Assembly: GCA_021777565.1 (NCBI GenBank)
Contig: JAJYDJ010000001.1
Span: 88,431 to 152,430, forward strand
Length of the DNA: 64,000 nt
Direction of reading: 5' to 3'
DNA from: a bacterium
GTDB lineage: Bacteria; Patescibacteriota; Microgenomatia; Levybacterales; UBA12049
Part shown: positions 25,415 through 36,053 of the stretch, one piece after another
Layout: each line of letters opens with the position of its first letter
How positions within the stretch are numbered: the stretch's first letter is position 1
Made by a program: the position numbers and the translations under genes
Notes under the pieces: generated by a model
The model's input: only the letters and a program-made list of their open reading frames with translations
What the model was told of the DNA's origin: nothing
Databases searched by the model: none

Positions 25415-27586
25415 CTATGGCTGTTCACCCCAACTGGTGAGTGTATCCTTCACTTTTTGATTATCGCCAAAGGTAGTGAGGAGATACCGGAGCTCACTTA
25501 CTGCTTCTGCTTCTTTTTGTTGATCAACAACTTTGCCTGCAGGATCGGTTGCCTGTTCGTGAAGGATTACACCAAGGGCAAAATACGCATCCTGATAAAT
25601 TGGACGAAGTTGGATAGTCTTTCTCAACATCGCAACAGCTTCGTCATTTTTGCCATTCTGGGAAAGAATAAGTCCATAATTGTAGGCAATCTTGGCATCA
25701 GTTGGAGCGAGCATGTGAGCGGTCTGGATGGCTTTAAGGGCTTGCGGCATAAATTGAGCAAAAGCAGTATCGTTAAGCTGTGCGAGGGTATACATAATAC
25801 GTACTCTGGTTTTCCAATAAGTCACGATATTTGGGTGTTGAGTGATGGTTTGGTCACTGAGCTCTACGGCTTGCTTGGCCAGTTGTGCTGCCTGAGAAGC
25901 ATCTTTGTTGGCTGCGTAGGCGCTGGCGAGGATAGCGGTATTGACGGAAAGTTCATCGCTAAATGTTGGTTCGTCGGGTCTGGCAGTGTAGGCATCCATG
26001 AGTGGCTGATAGGCACGATCGTATGCATTGGCGTGGTCAAGATTAAATCCATAGGCATAGGCTCGATCTGCGGCCCAATAGTTCATGAGGATCAGAATAA
26101 GGTAAACCCCAACAACTGCGCTGAGAAGGAAGCCACCATATTGCAGGGTAGTAAAACGGACTTGTTTGAAAGAAATCTCTTTTTGTGGCTCTGAAGTAAG
26201 AAGTATGGCAAGAGCTGGGAATACAAAGAGAAAAAGGTTAATCACGACAACCGAGAATCCAAAAAAGTTAGAGACAATCATCGTGACATATCCACCAAGC
26301 AGTGAGAGCACAAGAATCTTTGTGTGATCAGAATTTTTTGTTTTGAGAATGATTTTACTCATGAGAAAAACTGCCATACCAATCACAGCCAAGTAGGTGA
26401 GAAGTCCTATTGCACCAGTAGTTGCAAGATAGTTCAGGTATTCATTGTGAGCTTTGTTATAAAGATAATCCCACTCGGATGTCATGTTATGCCCTGCTGG
26501 TCTATATAAATAGTAGACAAAGGCAAATGTCTCAACACCTGATCCAAAAAGTGGATAATGCCTCCATGCATCCAGTGCGCCCCTCCAGACATAGAGACGG
26601 ATAGTACCACTGTCTGTCCCGCCCAGCTCACCAACAGGTTGGGCGGTCGTTGGCGCAGTAATCTTGGCAACTGGATGTGCTTTTTCTATCATTGCTTGGC
26701 GAATGCCAGGATAAGTAAATTTATCAAGCTGATTAAATGGGGTACCAGTGAAGAAAGTAATAACAACTATTACTGCAAAGATACTTCCGATAACATATCC
26801 TGCTTGCTTGATGTTTTTTGTATGCATCCAGAGATATCCGGCTGCCATGACTCCTAGTCCTGCAATAAGTCCCAAAAATCCTCCACGTGAGCTGGTGTAA
26901 AGAAAACAGAGATAAAACAACACACTTAGGAGCCCATATCCTGCAGTCACGTAGTATCTCTTCTCTTGCCAATAATTCAGTGCAAATCCCAGTGAGAGAG
27001 GGACAAGGGAGACAAGATAGGCGGCTAACCAATCTGGTTGGCCGAGCGTTGAGAAAATACGTACTTTTGGCTGAAATGCATCTGTCCAACACGATACATC
27101 CAATGTCCCACGGAATATATAGCAGGTTGGGTCATAGCCAAAATGACTGGGGAGTCCCCACAGACATACGGCAAGTCCTGAAAGCAGCGTCACTTGCAAA
27201 AGACGCGTCACTTTCATGCCATGCCAATTACTGATAAGTGCATAGTAGATGAATATATAGGAGAGAATGGAGAACATGCCGCCGTTGAATCGCGAATAGT
27301 ACCCCCACCAAGAGACATGGGTATCCAGAGACATAAACGTAGACAAAAGTTGTGAAATGATGAAAAGAACGAGTGGGATATCAAGAATGGTACGTTTAAA
27401 AATAACGCGTTTCTCAGCGATCATGCGCCATATCCAAAGTACACCGACAATGATGGCAAAGATGAACGTCAGCCACATTTTATTAAATTCAAATAATTCT
27501 GATGTGTCACCCCAGAAGGTAAGAGGAACGAGAAAAAAGTAGATATAAAATGACCAACGAATAAGTTTGGGGAGAAGACTCATCAT
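25415..27586 (-). CDS. O-antigen ligase (Wzy_C) family membrane protein with C-terminal TPRs
   Basis: STLGQPDWLA, TSSRGG, R...W..A....PLFGSG, KAHNEYL; TPR-like C-terminus. Confidence 0.88.
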   Translation of the reverse strand: MMSLLPKLIRWSFYIYFFLVPLTFWGDTSELFEFNKMWLTFIFAIIVGVLWIWRMIAEKRVIFKRTILDIPLVLFIISQLLSTFMSLDTHVSWWGYYSRFNGGMFSILSYIFIYYALISNWHGMKVTRLLQVTLLSGLAVCLWGLPSHFGYDPTCYIFRGTLDVSCWTDAFQPKVRIFSTLGQPDWLAAYLVSLVPLSLGFALNYWQEKRYYVTAGYGLLSVLFYLCFLYTSSRGGFLGLIAGLGVMAAGYLWMHTKNIKQAGYVIGSIFAVIVVITFFTGTPFNQLDKFTYPGIRQAMIEKAHPVAKITAPTTAQPVGELGGTDSGTIRLYVWRGALDAWRHYPLFGSGVETFAFVYYLYRPAGHNMTSEWDYLYNKAHNEYLNYLATTGAIGLLTYLAVIGMAVFLMSKIILKTKNSDHTKILVLSLLGGYVTMIVSNFFGFSVVVINLFLFVFPALAILLTSEPQKEISFKQVRFTTLQYGGFLLSAVVGVYLILILMNYWAADRAYAYGFNLDHANAYDRAYQPLMDAYTARPDEPTFSDELSVNTAILASAYAANKDASQAAQLAKQAVELSDQTITQHPNIVTYWKTRVRIMYTLAQLNDTAFAQFMPQALKAIQTAHMLAPTDAKIAYNYGLILSQNGKNDEAVAMLRKTIQLRPIYQDAYFALGVILHEQATDPAGKVVDQQKEAEAVSELRYLLTTFGDNQKVKDTLTSWGEQP

Positions 27587-27672
27587 GATTTTTAGTATAT
27601 CAGAACTTTTATTTCTTTGTTGCAATAAGGAAATAATGTGCGATAATCCAGCTTCCATGCTATAATCAGCTC

Positions 27673-28818
27673 ATGCAATTTGTAAATAACTTCTTCGGCC
27701 TTTTCTCCCACGATATCGGTATAGATTTGGGCACTGCGAATACGCTCGTTTGGGTCAGAGGGAAGGGCATTGTTATCCGTGAACCGTCCGTTGTTGCTAG
27801 GCACAGAAAAACAAAAGAAGTGATCGCCATTGGGACTGAGGCAAAATTAATGGTCGGGAAGACACCAGCAACGATAGAAACTGTGCGCCCACTTCGTGAA
27901 GGAGTCATCGCTGATTTTGATGCTGCCCGTGTGATGGTAGAACACTATGTAAAAGAAGTAAAATCCCGTCGTAATGATATGACAGCCGCCCTAGCAAGAC
28001 CTCGAGTTGCTATTGGCATCCCTTCATCCAGTACTGAAGTGCAGCGTCGTGCGGTCTGGGAGGCTGCCTTATCAGCAGGTGCTCGAGAAGCATTTTTAGT
28101 TGAAGAACCAATGGCTGCGGCAATTGGCGCTGGAGTCTCTGTTTTTGCCCCAACTGGTGTGATGGTAGTTGATATGGGGGGAGGCACCACAGAAATTGCG
28201 ATTATTTCTCTGGGTGGTATTGTGGTAAGCAGGTCACTTCCTATCGCTGGCGATAATTTTGACGAAGCGATTGTTCACTATATCCGCCTCAGGCACGGAT
28301 TGTTGATTGGCGAGAGAACAGCAGAAGAATTAAAAATAAGTATTGGCAGTGCCTATGAGCTAACCCCAAAACAAGAAAAAGCGAAAAAGAAGAAGAAAGA
28401 AGATGAAGAAGAGGCAGAAGAAACTGAAGAAGAAGAAAGTGAAGAAAAGAAAACTGGTGAAAAGGTTGCTGTTATTCGCGGGCGTGATTTAGAAACAGGA
28501 CTACCAAAAAGTATTCGTATTCACACCCATGAAGTCAGGGAAGCACTTATGCCGGTTTTGATGGAAATTATTAGTGCGATTATGGACATTGTCCATGATG
28601 CACCACCAGAGTTGACCAGTGATATTTTGGAGCATGGCATATTGGTAACTGGTGGTGGATCACTACTTCCTGGAGTTGATCGACTGATTGTTGAACATAC
28701 CAAAATCCCAGTACTGCTTGCAGAAGATCCACTTACGACAGTGGTGAGAGGTTGTGGGAAGGTTTTGGAAGATATGCCAATGCTTGATCGCGTCAAAGTA
28801 ACGGGTGGATTGAAGTAA
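27673..28818 (+). CDS. mreB: Rod shape-determining protein MreB
   Basis: IGIDLGTANT, EEPMAAAIGAG, DMGGGTTE, TGGGSLL. Confidence 0.97.
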   Translation: MQFVNNFFGLFSHDIGIDLGTANTLVWVRGKGIVIREPSVVARHRKTKEVIAIGTEAKLMVGKTPATIETVRPLREGVIADFDAARVMVEHYVKEVKSRRNDMTAALARPRVAIGIPSSSTEVQRRAVWEAALSAGAREAFLVEEPMAAAIGAGVSVFAPTGVMVVDMGGGTTEIAIISLGGIVVSRSLPIAGDNFDEAIVHYIRLRHGLLIGERTAEELKISIGSAYELTPKQEKAKKKKKEDEEEAEETEEEESEEKKTGEKVAVIRGRDLETGLPKSIRIHTHEVREALMPVLMEIISAIMDIVHDAPPELTSDILEHGILVTGGGSLLPGVDRLIVEHTKIPVLLAEDPLTTVVRGCGKVLEDMPMLDRVKVTGGLK

Positions 28819-28849
28819 CAAGCTTCTTCTGTTGTGCTATTATAGCTGC

Positions 28850-30568
28850 ATGAAAGTGGGACCATCATTCTCCAATAATATTTATAGTCCAAAAACAAAA
28901 AGTCGCAGCATTGAGTCAGAACCAACACAAAAACCGTGGTTATTGTTTGCTCTTTTAATAGGATTTCTTCTTTTCCTTAGTGGACGTTTATTCTTACTTC
29001 AAATTATCAATGGATTTTCCTATCGTCAGCTCTCAGATGTGAATAGAACCAAAACAATAACGATTCCTGCCCCACGAGGTATTTTTACTGACCGTAATGG
29101 GGTCCCTCTTGTTGAAAACATTGCTTCCAGCGCCAGTCTTTTGAAAAACCAAATTGATCCATCAGCATTTTTAGCACAACGAGCATACCCCTATGGGTCA
29201 ACCTTTGCTCATGTGTTAGGGTATGTAGGGAAAATTAGCGCTGATGATCTGAACGATCCTACCTATGCGGGATATACTGCGAATAATTATGTCGGCCGTG
29301 CAGGTCTGGAGGAATATTATGAATCTGATCTTCGAGGTGTTGATGGGAGAAGACTGATTGAAGTAAATGCTCAAGGGAATTTCATTCGTGTCCTTGGCGA
29401 TGCAGACCCAATCCCAGGAGCAACGCTCCAGACTACCCTTGATTTGAAAATGCAGCAAGCCGCGGTGGCAGCCATGAGAGATGTTAAGAAAGGGGCTGCG
29501 GTTGTCTCAACCCCACAAGGAGAAATTTTGGCAATTGTTAGTAAGCCTGATTATGACCCTAATCTTTTCTCCCTTGGTCATCAGTTGCCGGGAGCGACCG
29601 TGAGTGCTTACCCGAGCGTTGCGTCAATTGTAAGAGACAATGAGAACCAACCACTTCTGGATCGAGCGATCGCAGGACTATACCCTCCAGGATCAACGTT
29701 CAAACTTATTGTCGCAACTGGGGCTTTGGAAGAACACCTGATTGATGCAAATTTTGTGGTCGAAGATACCGGCATTTTGACACTTGGCGGATTCTCTTTC
29801 GCCAACTGGTACTACACCCAATATGGTAAAGTTGATGGACTCGTAAATGTAGTAAAAGCAATTCAAAGATCAAATGATATTTTCTTTTATAAGGTCGGAA
29901 GTATGCTTGGTGCTGACAGAATTGCTGCCTGGGCAACTAAATTTCATTTGGGACAAAAAACGGGTATCGATCTTTTTGGAGAGGCAAAAGGGCTCGTCCC
30001 AACGAAGGAGTGGAAACAACAGGTACTCCATGAAGATTGGTACACGGGGGATGATTACCATTATGGTATTGGACAAGGATTTCTTCTGGTAACGCCACTG
30101 CAAGTGAATTTGTATACTCAAGCAATTGCCAACAATGGCACTATTTACCAGCCTCATCTGCTGTTACACACCAGTCCAAAAGTATTGGCAACACATATCA
30201 TGCAACAAAGTACGATTGATCTGCTGCGACAAGGGATGATTGCGGTGTGTAGTCCAGGCGGGGTCGCTTGGCCACTCTTTAACTACAGTACGAACCAGCA
30301 AATCACTGGAGGGCTTGGTGATGACTATTATGAACTGCCCTCTTCTGCTTCAGCAAAACCAAATAGTGTGGGTGTACGAATTGCCTGTAAGACAGGTACT
30401 GCAGAACATGGTGATACTACGCAGGAGCCCCATGCCTGGATTACTGTCATGGCACCCGCGTACCACCCACAAATTATTATTACCGTGCTTTCAGAAAGTA
30501 GTGGAGAAGGGTCCAATGTGGCAGGCCCTATCGCCAAGCAAATCCTTGATGCCTGGTTTAATAAGTAA
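28850..30568 (+). CDS. mrdA: Penicillin-binding protein 2 (class B transpeptidase)
   Basis: PAPRG, PPGSTFK (SxxK), SND (SxN variant), KTGTAE. Confidence 0.9.
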   Translation: MKVGPSFSNNIYSPKTKSRSIESEPTQKPWLLFALLIGFLLFLSGRLFLLQIINGFSYRQLSDVNRTKTITIPAPRGIFTDRNGVPLVENIASSASLLKNQIDPSAFLAQRAYPYGSTFAHVLGYVGKISADDLNDPTYAGYTANNYVGRAGLEEYYESDLRGVDGRRLIEVNAQGNFIRVLGDADPIPGATLQTTLDLKMQQAAVAAMRDVKKGAAVVSTPQGEILAIVSKPDYDPNLFSLGHQLPGATVSAYPSVASIVRDNENQPLLDRAIAGLYPPGSTFKLIVATGALEEHLIDANFVVEDTGILTLGGFSFANWYYTQYGKVDGLVNVVKAIQRSNDIFFYKVGSMLGADRIAAWATKFHLGQKTGIDLFGEAKGLVPTKEWKQQVLHEDWYTGDDYHYGIGQGFLLVTPLQVNLYTQAIANNGTIYQPHLLLHTSPKVLATHIMQQSTIDLLRQGMIAVCSPGGVAWPLFNYSTNQQITGGLGDDYYELPSSASAKPNSVGVRIACKTGTAEHGDTTQEPHAWITVMAPAYHPQIIITVLSESSGEGSNVAGPIAKQILDAWFNK

Positions 30569-30624
30569 GGCCCCTGTGATAAATCGCACCAGTTTCTCAA
30601 CATAGCTTCTTTATACTCATCTGT

Positions 30625-31701
30625 ATGGATGAGCGATTTTTTTATCTTCCTTTTGTCCTGTGTCCTCAGATTGGACCAAGCCGATTTACAAAGTTATTGA
30701 AATATTTTGGCACTGCTAAAGAAGCATTTGGCGCTGATGAAAAGTCACTACTGGCAAGTGGAATAGGGCAATCCTCAGTAGGATCATTGATAGATTTTCG
30801 AAAGACCTTTTCTTTAGAAAAGTGCATCCAAGATTTAGAAAAAAAACATATTTCGTTTGTGACGACACAAGAGAGAGACTATCCAGAGTTATTGAAAGAA
30901 GCCGCCGCCCCACCTCTCGTGTTGTTTTATAAAGGATATGCGGATGCGCTGAAAAAGAGGCCAACGATTGGGGTCGTGGGGACGCGCAAAATCAGTTCCT
31001 ATGGCATCAGCGTAACACAGAGTTTTGTAAAAGAATTAGTAGCGGCAGGGTGTGTCATTGTTTCAGGGCTTGCATTTGGTGTCGACAGCGTCGCACACGA
31101 AGCAACTCTTGCAGCACAAGGAGTTACCATTGCAGTTCTTGGAAGCGGGGTAGATATCTGTAGCCCCGTAGAACATCAACGATTATATGATCGCATCATC
31201 GCCAATAATGGCATCGTTGTCAGTGCATTCCCGCCAGGGACTGTCCCCAGTCGCTTTACATTTCCTGCACGCAATAGTATTATTGCCGGGCTGTCTGAAG
31301 CACTTTTGGTCACTGAAGCAGCCGCAGATAGTGGGTCACTTATTACTGCCACTGCGGAACGGAGACTTAGCCGTCCGGTCTGTGCGGTTCCGGGGCCAGT
31401 TACTCATAGTCTTTCAGTGGGAACTAATATGCTCCTGAGAGAAGGAAGTCAGGTGGCAACGGGTGCTGATGATATCTTGCATGCAATCAAAAGGAAGGTG
31501 CATTTTGAAACTGTTCGTGTGAAAAACGCTTTATCGCTGGGACAACAAGAAATTCTTGAGGCACTCAAATGTGAAGACTTGCATTTTGATCAGATAGTCC
31601 GGACAATAGGTAAACCAGCATCATATATTGGGAGTCAATTATCCATGTTGGAGTTACTAGGATACATAAAAAATAATGGGGGAATATATAGTATCGTCTG
31701 A
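30625..31701 (+). CDS. dprA: DNA-processing protein DprA
   Basis: VVGTRK, VSGLAFGVD..AH, FPARNSIIAGLS, SGSLITA. Confidence 0.95.
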   Translation: MDERFFYLPFVLCPQIGPSRFTKLLKYFGTAKEAFGADEKSLLASGIGQSSVGSLIDFRKTFSLEKCIQDLEKKHISFVTTQERDYPELLKEAAAPPLVLFYKGYADALKKRPTIGVVGTRKISSYGISVTQSFVKELVAAGCVIVSGLAFGVDSVAHEATLAAQGVTIAVLGSGVDICSPVEHQRLYDRIIANNGIVVSAFPPGTVPSRFTFPARNSIIAGLSEALLVTEAAADSGSLITATAERRLSRPVCAVPGPVTHSLSVGTNMLLREGSQVATGADDILHAIKRKVHFETVRVKNALSLGQQEILEALKCEDLHFDQIVRTIGKPASYIGSQLSMLELLGYIKNNGGIYSIV

Positions 31702-31742
31702 ATTGTGAAAAATTTTTCTGATATACTATGTTCTAGTTAAAT

Positions 31743-33857
31743 ATGAAATTAGTTATTGTAGAATCACCAACCAAAGCAAAAACTATCGGGAAATTCCTGG
31801 GGAGTGAATTTGTCGTAAAAGCTTCTATGGGACATGTGATGGATCTGCCCAAGTCAAAACTAGGTGTTGATACGCTGAACAATTTTAATCCTCAATTTGA
31901 GATAAGCGAGGGCAAAAAGAGTACAATTTCCGAGCTTCAAAAGCTGGCTTCTGAGTCAGACGGCGTTATCCTAGCATCTGATCCTGATCGTGAAGGAGAA
32001 GCCATCGCGTATCACATAAGCCAACTCCTCCGAGAGAAACTATCGGCTAAGAAGTCTAAGGCAAAATCAGCAAAAAACGAGACCTCATCTTCGGGAATAC
32101 CATTCCAGCGTATTGTTTTCCACGAAATCACGAAAGATGCCATCCGTAATGCATTGGAGCACCCAGGTGTGATAGACACCCATTTAGTAGATGCGCAGAC
32201 GGCACGTCGAGTGCTAGATCGACTTGTGGGATACAAACTCTCACCAATTTTATGGCAGAAAGTTCGTCGTGGTCTTTCAGCAGGACGTGTCCAAAGTGTT
32301 GCCCTGCGCCTTATTGTAGAAAGAGAAAAAGAAATTGAAAAATTTGGTAAGGAACCATACTGGACTATCACCGCGACCCTTTCCAAAGACAAAAAAGAAG
32401 TTGAGTTTGAACTGGTTTCTATTAATGATGAAAAAATTGAGCAGCAGAATTCATTTCAATTATATGATGGTGATTACACTGTCACCAAAACAACCATTAC
32501 TACTCAGGAAAAAGCAGATACGATTCTTGAAGCATTGAAGAAAAAAGAATTTGTTGTCAGTGATGTGGCAAAGAAGGAAACAAAGCGTAGCCCTCAGCCG
32601 CCATTTACAACCTCAACACTGCAACAGCAGGCTTCTCAGCGGTTTGGGTTCTCAGGGAAACGAACCATGAGTCTCGCACAAAAACTTTATGAAGAAGGAT
32701 TTATTACCTATCATCGTACTGACAGCGTTCATCTGGCCGAGACCTCAGTTACGCAGATGAGAGATTTTGTGGTGAAGAAATTTGGTGAATCCTATGTGCC
32801 TGAAAAAGTACGTCTTTTTTCAACCAAACAGAAATTAGCACAAGAAGCACATGAAGCAATTCGCCCAACTGATGTAAATAAAACTGAAGAGTATGTACGT
32901 GATAGTCTCGGTGCTGCGTATGCCAAAATCTATCAGCTTATTTGGTCACGAGCCCTTGCTTCACAAATGGCAGATGCACGAGTAGAGTCGACGACTGTCC
33001 TGGTCGAGACTAAACCGGTACCTGAAAAATATGTTTTTAAAACAACAGGGTCGATTTTACTTTTTGAAGGATTTCTTAAAGTGAATCCGTTTGGACTCAG
33101 TGATCGACAACTTCCTGATTTTGTTTCAGGTGAAACCATCCCGACAGTACAGACGATTGCTATAGCTCATGAGACACCTGCGCCACCGCGCTATAACGAC
33201 GCATCACTGATTAAGTCACTAGAAGAAGAAGGCATTGGTCGTCCAAGTACCTATGCGACGATTATTTCAGTGTTGGAAGAGCGCACCTATGTAGAAAGAA
33301 AAGATGGTAGATTTTACCCAACGGCGGTAGGTAATGCAGTAAATGATTTCCTCGTGAAATATTTCTCAACGATTGATGACGTGCCATTTACCGCGAGTAT
33401 GGAAGACCAGTTAGATGAAGTTGCTGAAGGTAAAAAAGATTGGGTACCAGTCATCAGGGAATTCTACACACCATTTGAAAAACAATTAACTGAAGTATCA
33501 AAAACGGCAGAAAGAGTTCAAATTGCTACTGAAGATACAGGTGAAATCTGCCCACTTGATGGAGCTCCCTTGGTCATACGTACTGGTCGATTTGGTAAAT
33601 TTATTTCCTGTAAAAATTTCCCGACCTGTGAATATAAGAAAGCATATGTTGAAGAAACGAACTTCCTGTGTCCAAAAGATGGAGGGAAAATTATCGCACG
33701 CAAAACCAAAAAAGGACGTACGTTTTATGGATGCAATAACTATCCCAACTGTGATTTTGCTGTCTGGAAGCTCTCTGATATTAAAAAAGGGGTAGGGAAT
33801 GAAACAGATTCTGCGAAAAAAACGACACGAAAGAGGACGGCAAAAAAGACGAAATAA
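31743..33857 (+). CDS. topA: DNA topoisomerase I
   Basis: LVIVESPTKAK, DPDREGE, SAGRVQS, ITYHRTDS, C-terminal Zn ribbons. Confidence 0.97.
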   Translation: MKLVIVESPTKAKTIGKFLGSEFVVKASMGHVMDLPKSKLGVDTLNNFNPQFEISEGKKSTISELQKLASESDGVILASDPDREGEAIAYHISQLLREKLSAKKSKAKSAKNETSSSGIPFQRIVFHEITKDAIRNALEHPGVIDTHLVDAQTARRVLDRLVGYKLSPILWQKVRRGLSAGRVQSVALRLIVEREKEIEKFGKEPYWTITATLSKDKKEVEFELVSINDEKIEQQNSFQLYDGDYTVTKTTITTQEKADTILEALKKKEFVVSDVAKKETKRSPQPPFTTSTLQQQASQRFGFSGKRTMSLAQKLYEEGFITYHRTDSVHLAETSVTQMRDFVVKKFGESYVPEKVRLFSTKQKLAQEAHEAIRPTDVNKTEEYVRDSLGAAYAKIYQLIWSRALASQMADARVESTTVLVETKPVPEKYVFKTTGSILLFEGFLKVNPFGLSDRQLPDFVSGETIPTVQTIAIAHETPAPPRYNDASLIKSLEEEGIGRPSTYATIISVLEERTYVERKDGRFYPTAVGNAVNDFLVKYFSTIDDVPFTASMEDQLDEVAEGKKDWVPVIREFYTPFEKQLTEVSKTAERVQIATEDTGEICPLDGAPLVIRTGRFGKFISCKNFPTCEYKKAYVEETNFLCPKDGGKIIARKTKKGRTFYGCNNYPNCDFAVWKLSDIKKGVGNETDSAKKTTRKRTAKKTK

Positions 33858-33860
33858 TCC

Positions 33861-34901
33861 TTACTGCAATTGATTCTTCTGGATCCAACTCCATGCTTCC
33901 TGGACAAGTGAGAGCATCGCTGGATCATTCCCAGCTGTTTGGTGTACATCACATGCTGGTCCCATACTAAATGCGGCAACACCAGTTACATGAATTTGCT
34001 GATATGCCTGCAGTACTGCATCGATATCACTGGGTTGGAGTTGTTCAACAACATCTGCAATTGGTGTATGACAATCACTAAAACTGTATCGTTGTCCTTC
34101 AAATGCTTGATAGACGCCAACTATTGGGGGAGGGGTTTTGCCGGTCGGAAGTTGATCTTGTTGGACGAGCTGTGCCATTTGAGGGATGAGCGTATTGGCA
34201 ACATTGGCAGTGCCGCCATCATAGTGTGGATAGGGATAGAAAAAGATGACATCAGCAATGCCATAGGTATAGTTGTGTTGCAATCCGACTGGCTCTCCAT
34301 ATCCCGCAAGAATCAAATGTGATGGATCAGGATCAATTGAGCGAATAAGATCATGCAGTTGCTGCAAGGCTGGTTTCATATCACAGTAATTGCCTGCACT
34401 ATCTCGTACATCATCGTCCTTGATCCAGTATCCGCCAAAAATAGGACTCTGGTAGTTATTGGTAATAAGATTTTTGGCATTTTGCAAATCTCCTGACGTT
34501 ATGACACAGGTCCCTGGTTGATAGGAGATGGCGCTAAAAAGCGTCATGTATGCTTTCATATTATGTGCAAGAAGTGCCTGTCCGACAGAAGAACCGGCAG
34601 CGAAAACACTGGGGTCATAACTGATGATATAGCTCATGCCATTTTGGGCAGCCAGGTCGACATCACTTACTGAGGAGGCAATAAAAGCGCCATGGATACC
34701 AGGACCTTTGAGGGCAGTGAGAGAAAAAATCTGTAATCCGTTGGTATTGGGATTGGGGGTTGGGGCTACCATGGCAAGGGCGGCACCGCTGAGATCTTGG
34801 GGATTTACCCGGCTAAAATTGATTCCTCCGGTGAGATATACCGCGAAGGTAAGAATGATGACAATGATATAAATTTCACTATTATCGAGAAGGTGGCGCA
34901 T
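33861..34901 (-). CDS. Membrane-anchored protein with putative glycoside-hydrolase-like TIM barrel
   Basis: N-terminal TM; GYWIKDD, IRSIDPDPSHLI, DVIFFYPYP, QAF pattern. Confidence 0.55.
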   Translation of the reverse strand: MRHLLDNSEIYIIVIILTFAVYLTGGINFSRVNPQDLSGAALAMVAPTPNPNTNGLQIFSLTALKGPGIHGAFIASSVSDVDLAAQNGMSYIISYDPSVFAAGSSVGQALLAHNMKAYMTLFSAISYQPGTCVITSGDLQNAKNLITNNYQSPIFGGYWIKDDDVRDSAGNYCDMKPALQQLHDLIRSIDPDPSHLILAGYGEPVGLQHNYTYGIADVIFFYPYPHYDGGTANVANTLIPQMAQLVQQDQLPTGKTPPPIVGVYQAFEGQRYSFSDCHTPIADVVEQLQPSDIDAVLQAYQQIHVTGVAAFSMGPACDVHQTAGNDPAMLSLVQEAWSWIQKNQLQ

Positions 34902-34940
34902 ATATACAGTGTCGCAGATACTTACCTTTGGGGCAAGCTA

Positions 34941-35822
34941 TTATTGGCTGATTTGTGGCCATGCATTCAGAACCGCATTGAGATAGTCAGAATACACTTG
35001 CCATGTTGCATCGGAATAGCTGCCTAGGCCAAATGGTTTGCCTTTTGGATCAGCGGGGACGGTAGCGGGGCTGAGTGCATCGGCATCTATGTAGGCACTA
35101 ATTTTGGGATCACGGGAAATAATAGAAATACCTTGTGTATTAAGCGCCCCCACGGTAGCAGGCGGGATGTAGCTGCTGCCAATTTTTTGTGTAACCGGGG
35201 ATGCGATACTTTGTAGGTTATACCCAGCACCATAAATATTTTGTACTGCCTCATCAATGAGTGTCTGTGCGCCAGCAAATTGATGTCCCATCCCCAGCTG
35301 CCAGGCACCAGAACTGGTATCGGGACAAACACCAGTTGGACTATACTGGCTGCCACCAAGAGAAGGGCAGTAGCTAAATGTCCAGAAATCAAATCCAGCT
35401 CTCCCAACTTCTACACCATACCACCACAACACCAGTGGCAAGTCCACGTGGTTACTTGGGTGAGCAGTATTATATGCCTGCACACCAGCAAGGGCATAGG
35501 GATAAGCTGCCTGCAGTCTTTGAAGTGTTGCTGGATCAATAGTCAGCTGTTGATCTGGAGTAACAAAATGATAGGTCGTGATGTAGTACTGCATGTCTAC
35601 ACTGGCGGGTGGTGCATAGGTTGTCTGCACGGCAAATGTGTTCATCTGCAAGGCTGATGGATTGGTAGACGTTGTCGCTGGCTGAAGTGTTTGGCTCACT
35701 ATTGTCGTCGGGTCGACAGGGGATTTGTAGTTCGTGTCCACAAGCCCTCCAGCAAGAATAAATCCAATGACTACACAGGCAAGAAGGATGATTACTTCGA
35801 TCACTCCGGATTGTTGCTTCAT
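34941..35822 (-). CDS. Membrane-anchored exported protein, possible lysozyme-like domain
   Basis: N-terminal TM; LWWYGVE..GAWQLG.GHQ. Confidence 0.5.
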   Translation of the reverse strand: MKQQSGVIEVIILLACVVIGFILAGGLVDTNYKSPVDPTTIVSQTLQPATTSTNPSALQMNTFAVQTTYAPPASVDMQYYITTYHFVTPDQQLTIDPATLQRLQAAYPYALAGVQAYNTAHPSNHVDLPLVLWWYGVEVGRAGFDFWTFSYCPSLGGSQYSPTGVCPDTSSGAWQLGMGHQFAGAQTLIDEAVQNIYGAGYNLQSIASPVTQKIGSSYIPPATVGALNTQGISIISRDPKISAYIDADALSPATVPADPKGKPFGLGSYSDATWQVYSDYLNAVLNAWPQISQ

Positions 35823-35840
35823 ACAATTATTGTAGCAAAG

Positions 35841-35993
35841 TTAGGCGCCAATAATTTCTCTAAAGGCATCACGAAGCGCGTTTTTGATAATTTGAAGCAC
35901 TGAAACAATGAATCCGATGATGGCTCTGAGAACCCATGGGCCATAATTAACCGTGTATTTACGAATTGTCCCAAAAAATTCTGCACTCGTCAT
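35841..35993 (-). CDS. Small amphipathic hypothetical protein
   Basis: 50-aa ORF upstream of and co-oriented with the two exported genes. Confidence 0.45.
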   Translation of the reverse strand: MTSAEFFGTIRKYTVNYGPWVLRAIIGFIVSVLQIIKNALRDAFREIIGA

Positions 35994-36053
35994 TAGGTAC
36001 AGTATGCGCTCCTTTTGCTTCATATGCAACGGCACTCATGGTATACTAGCCTC

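Noticed and set aside
25355-26194. 279-aa plus-strand ORF
   Set aside because: Antisense shadow of the O-antigen ligase/TPR gene; no motifs
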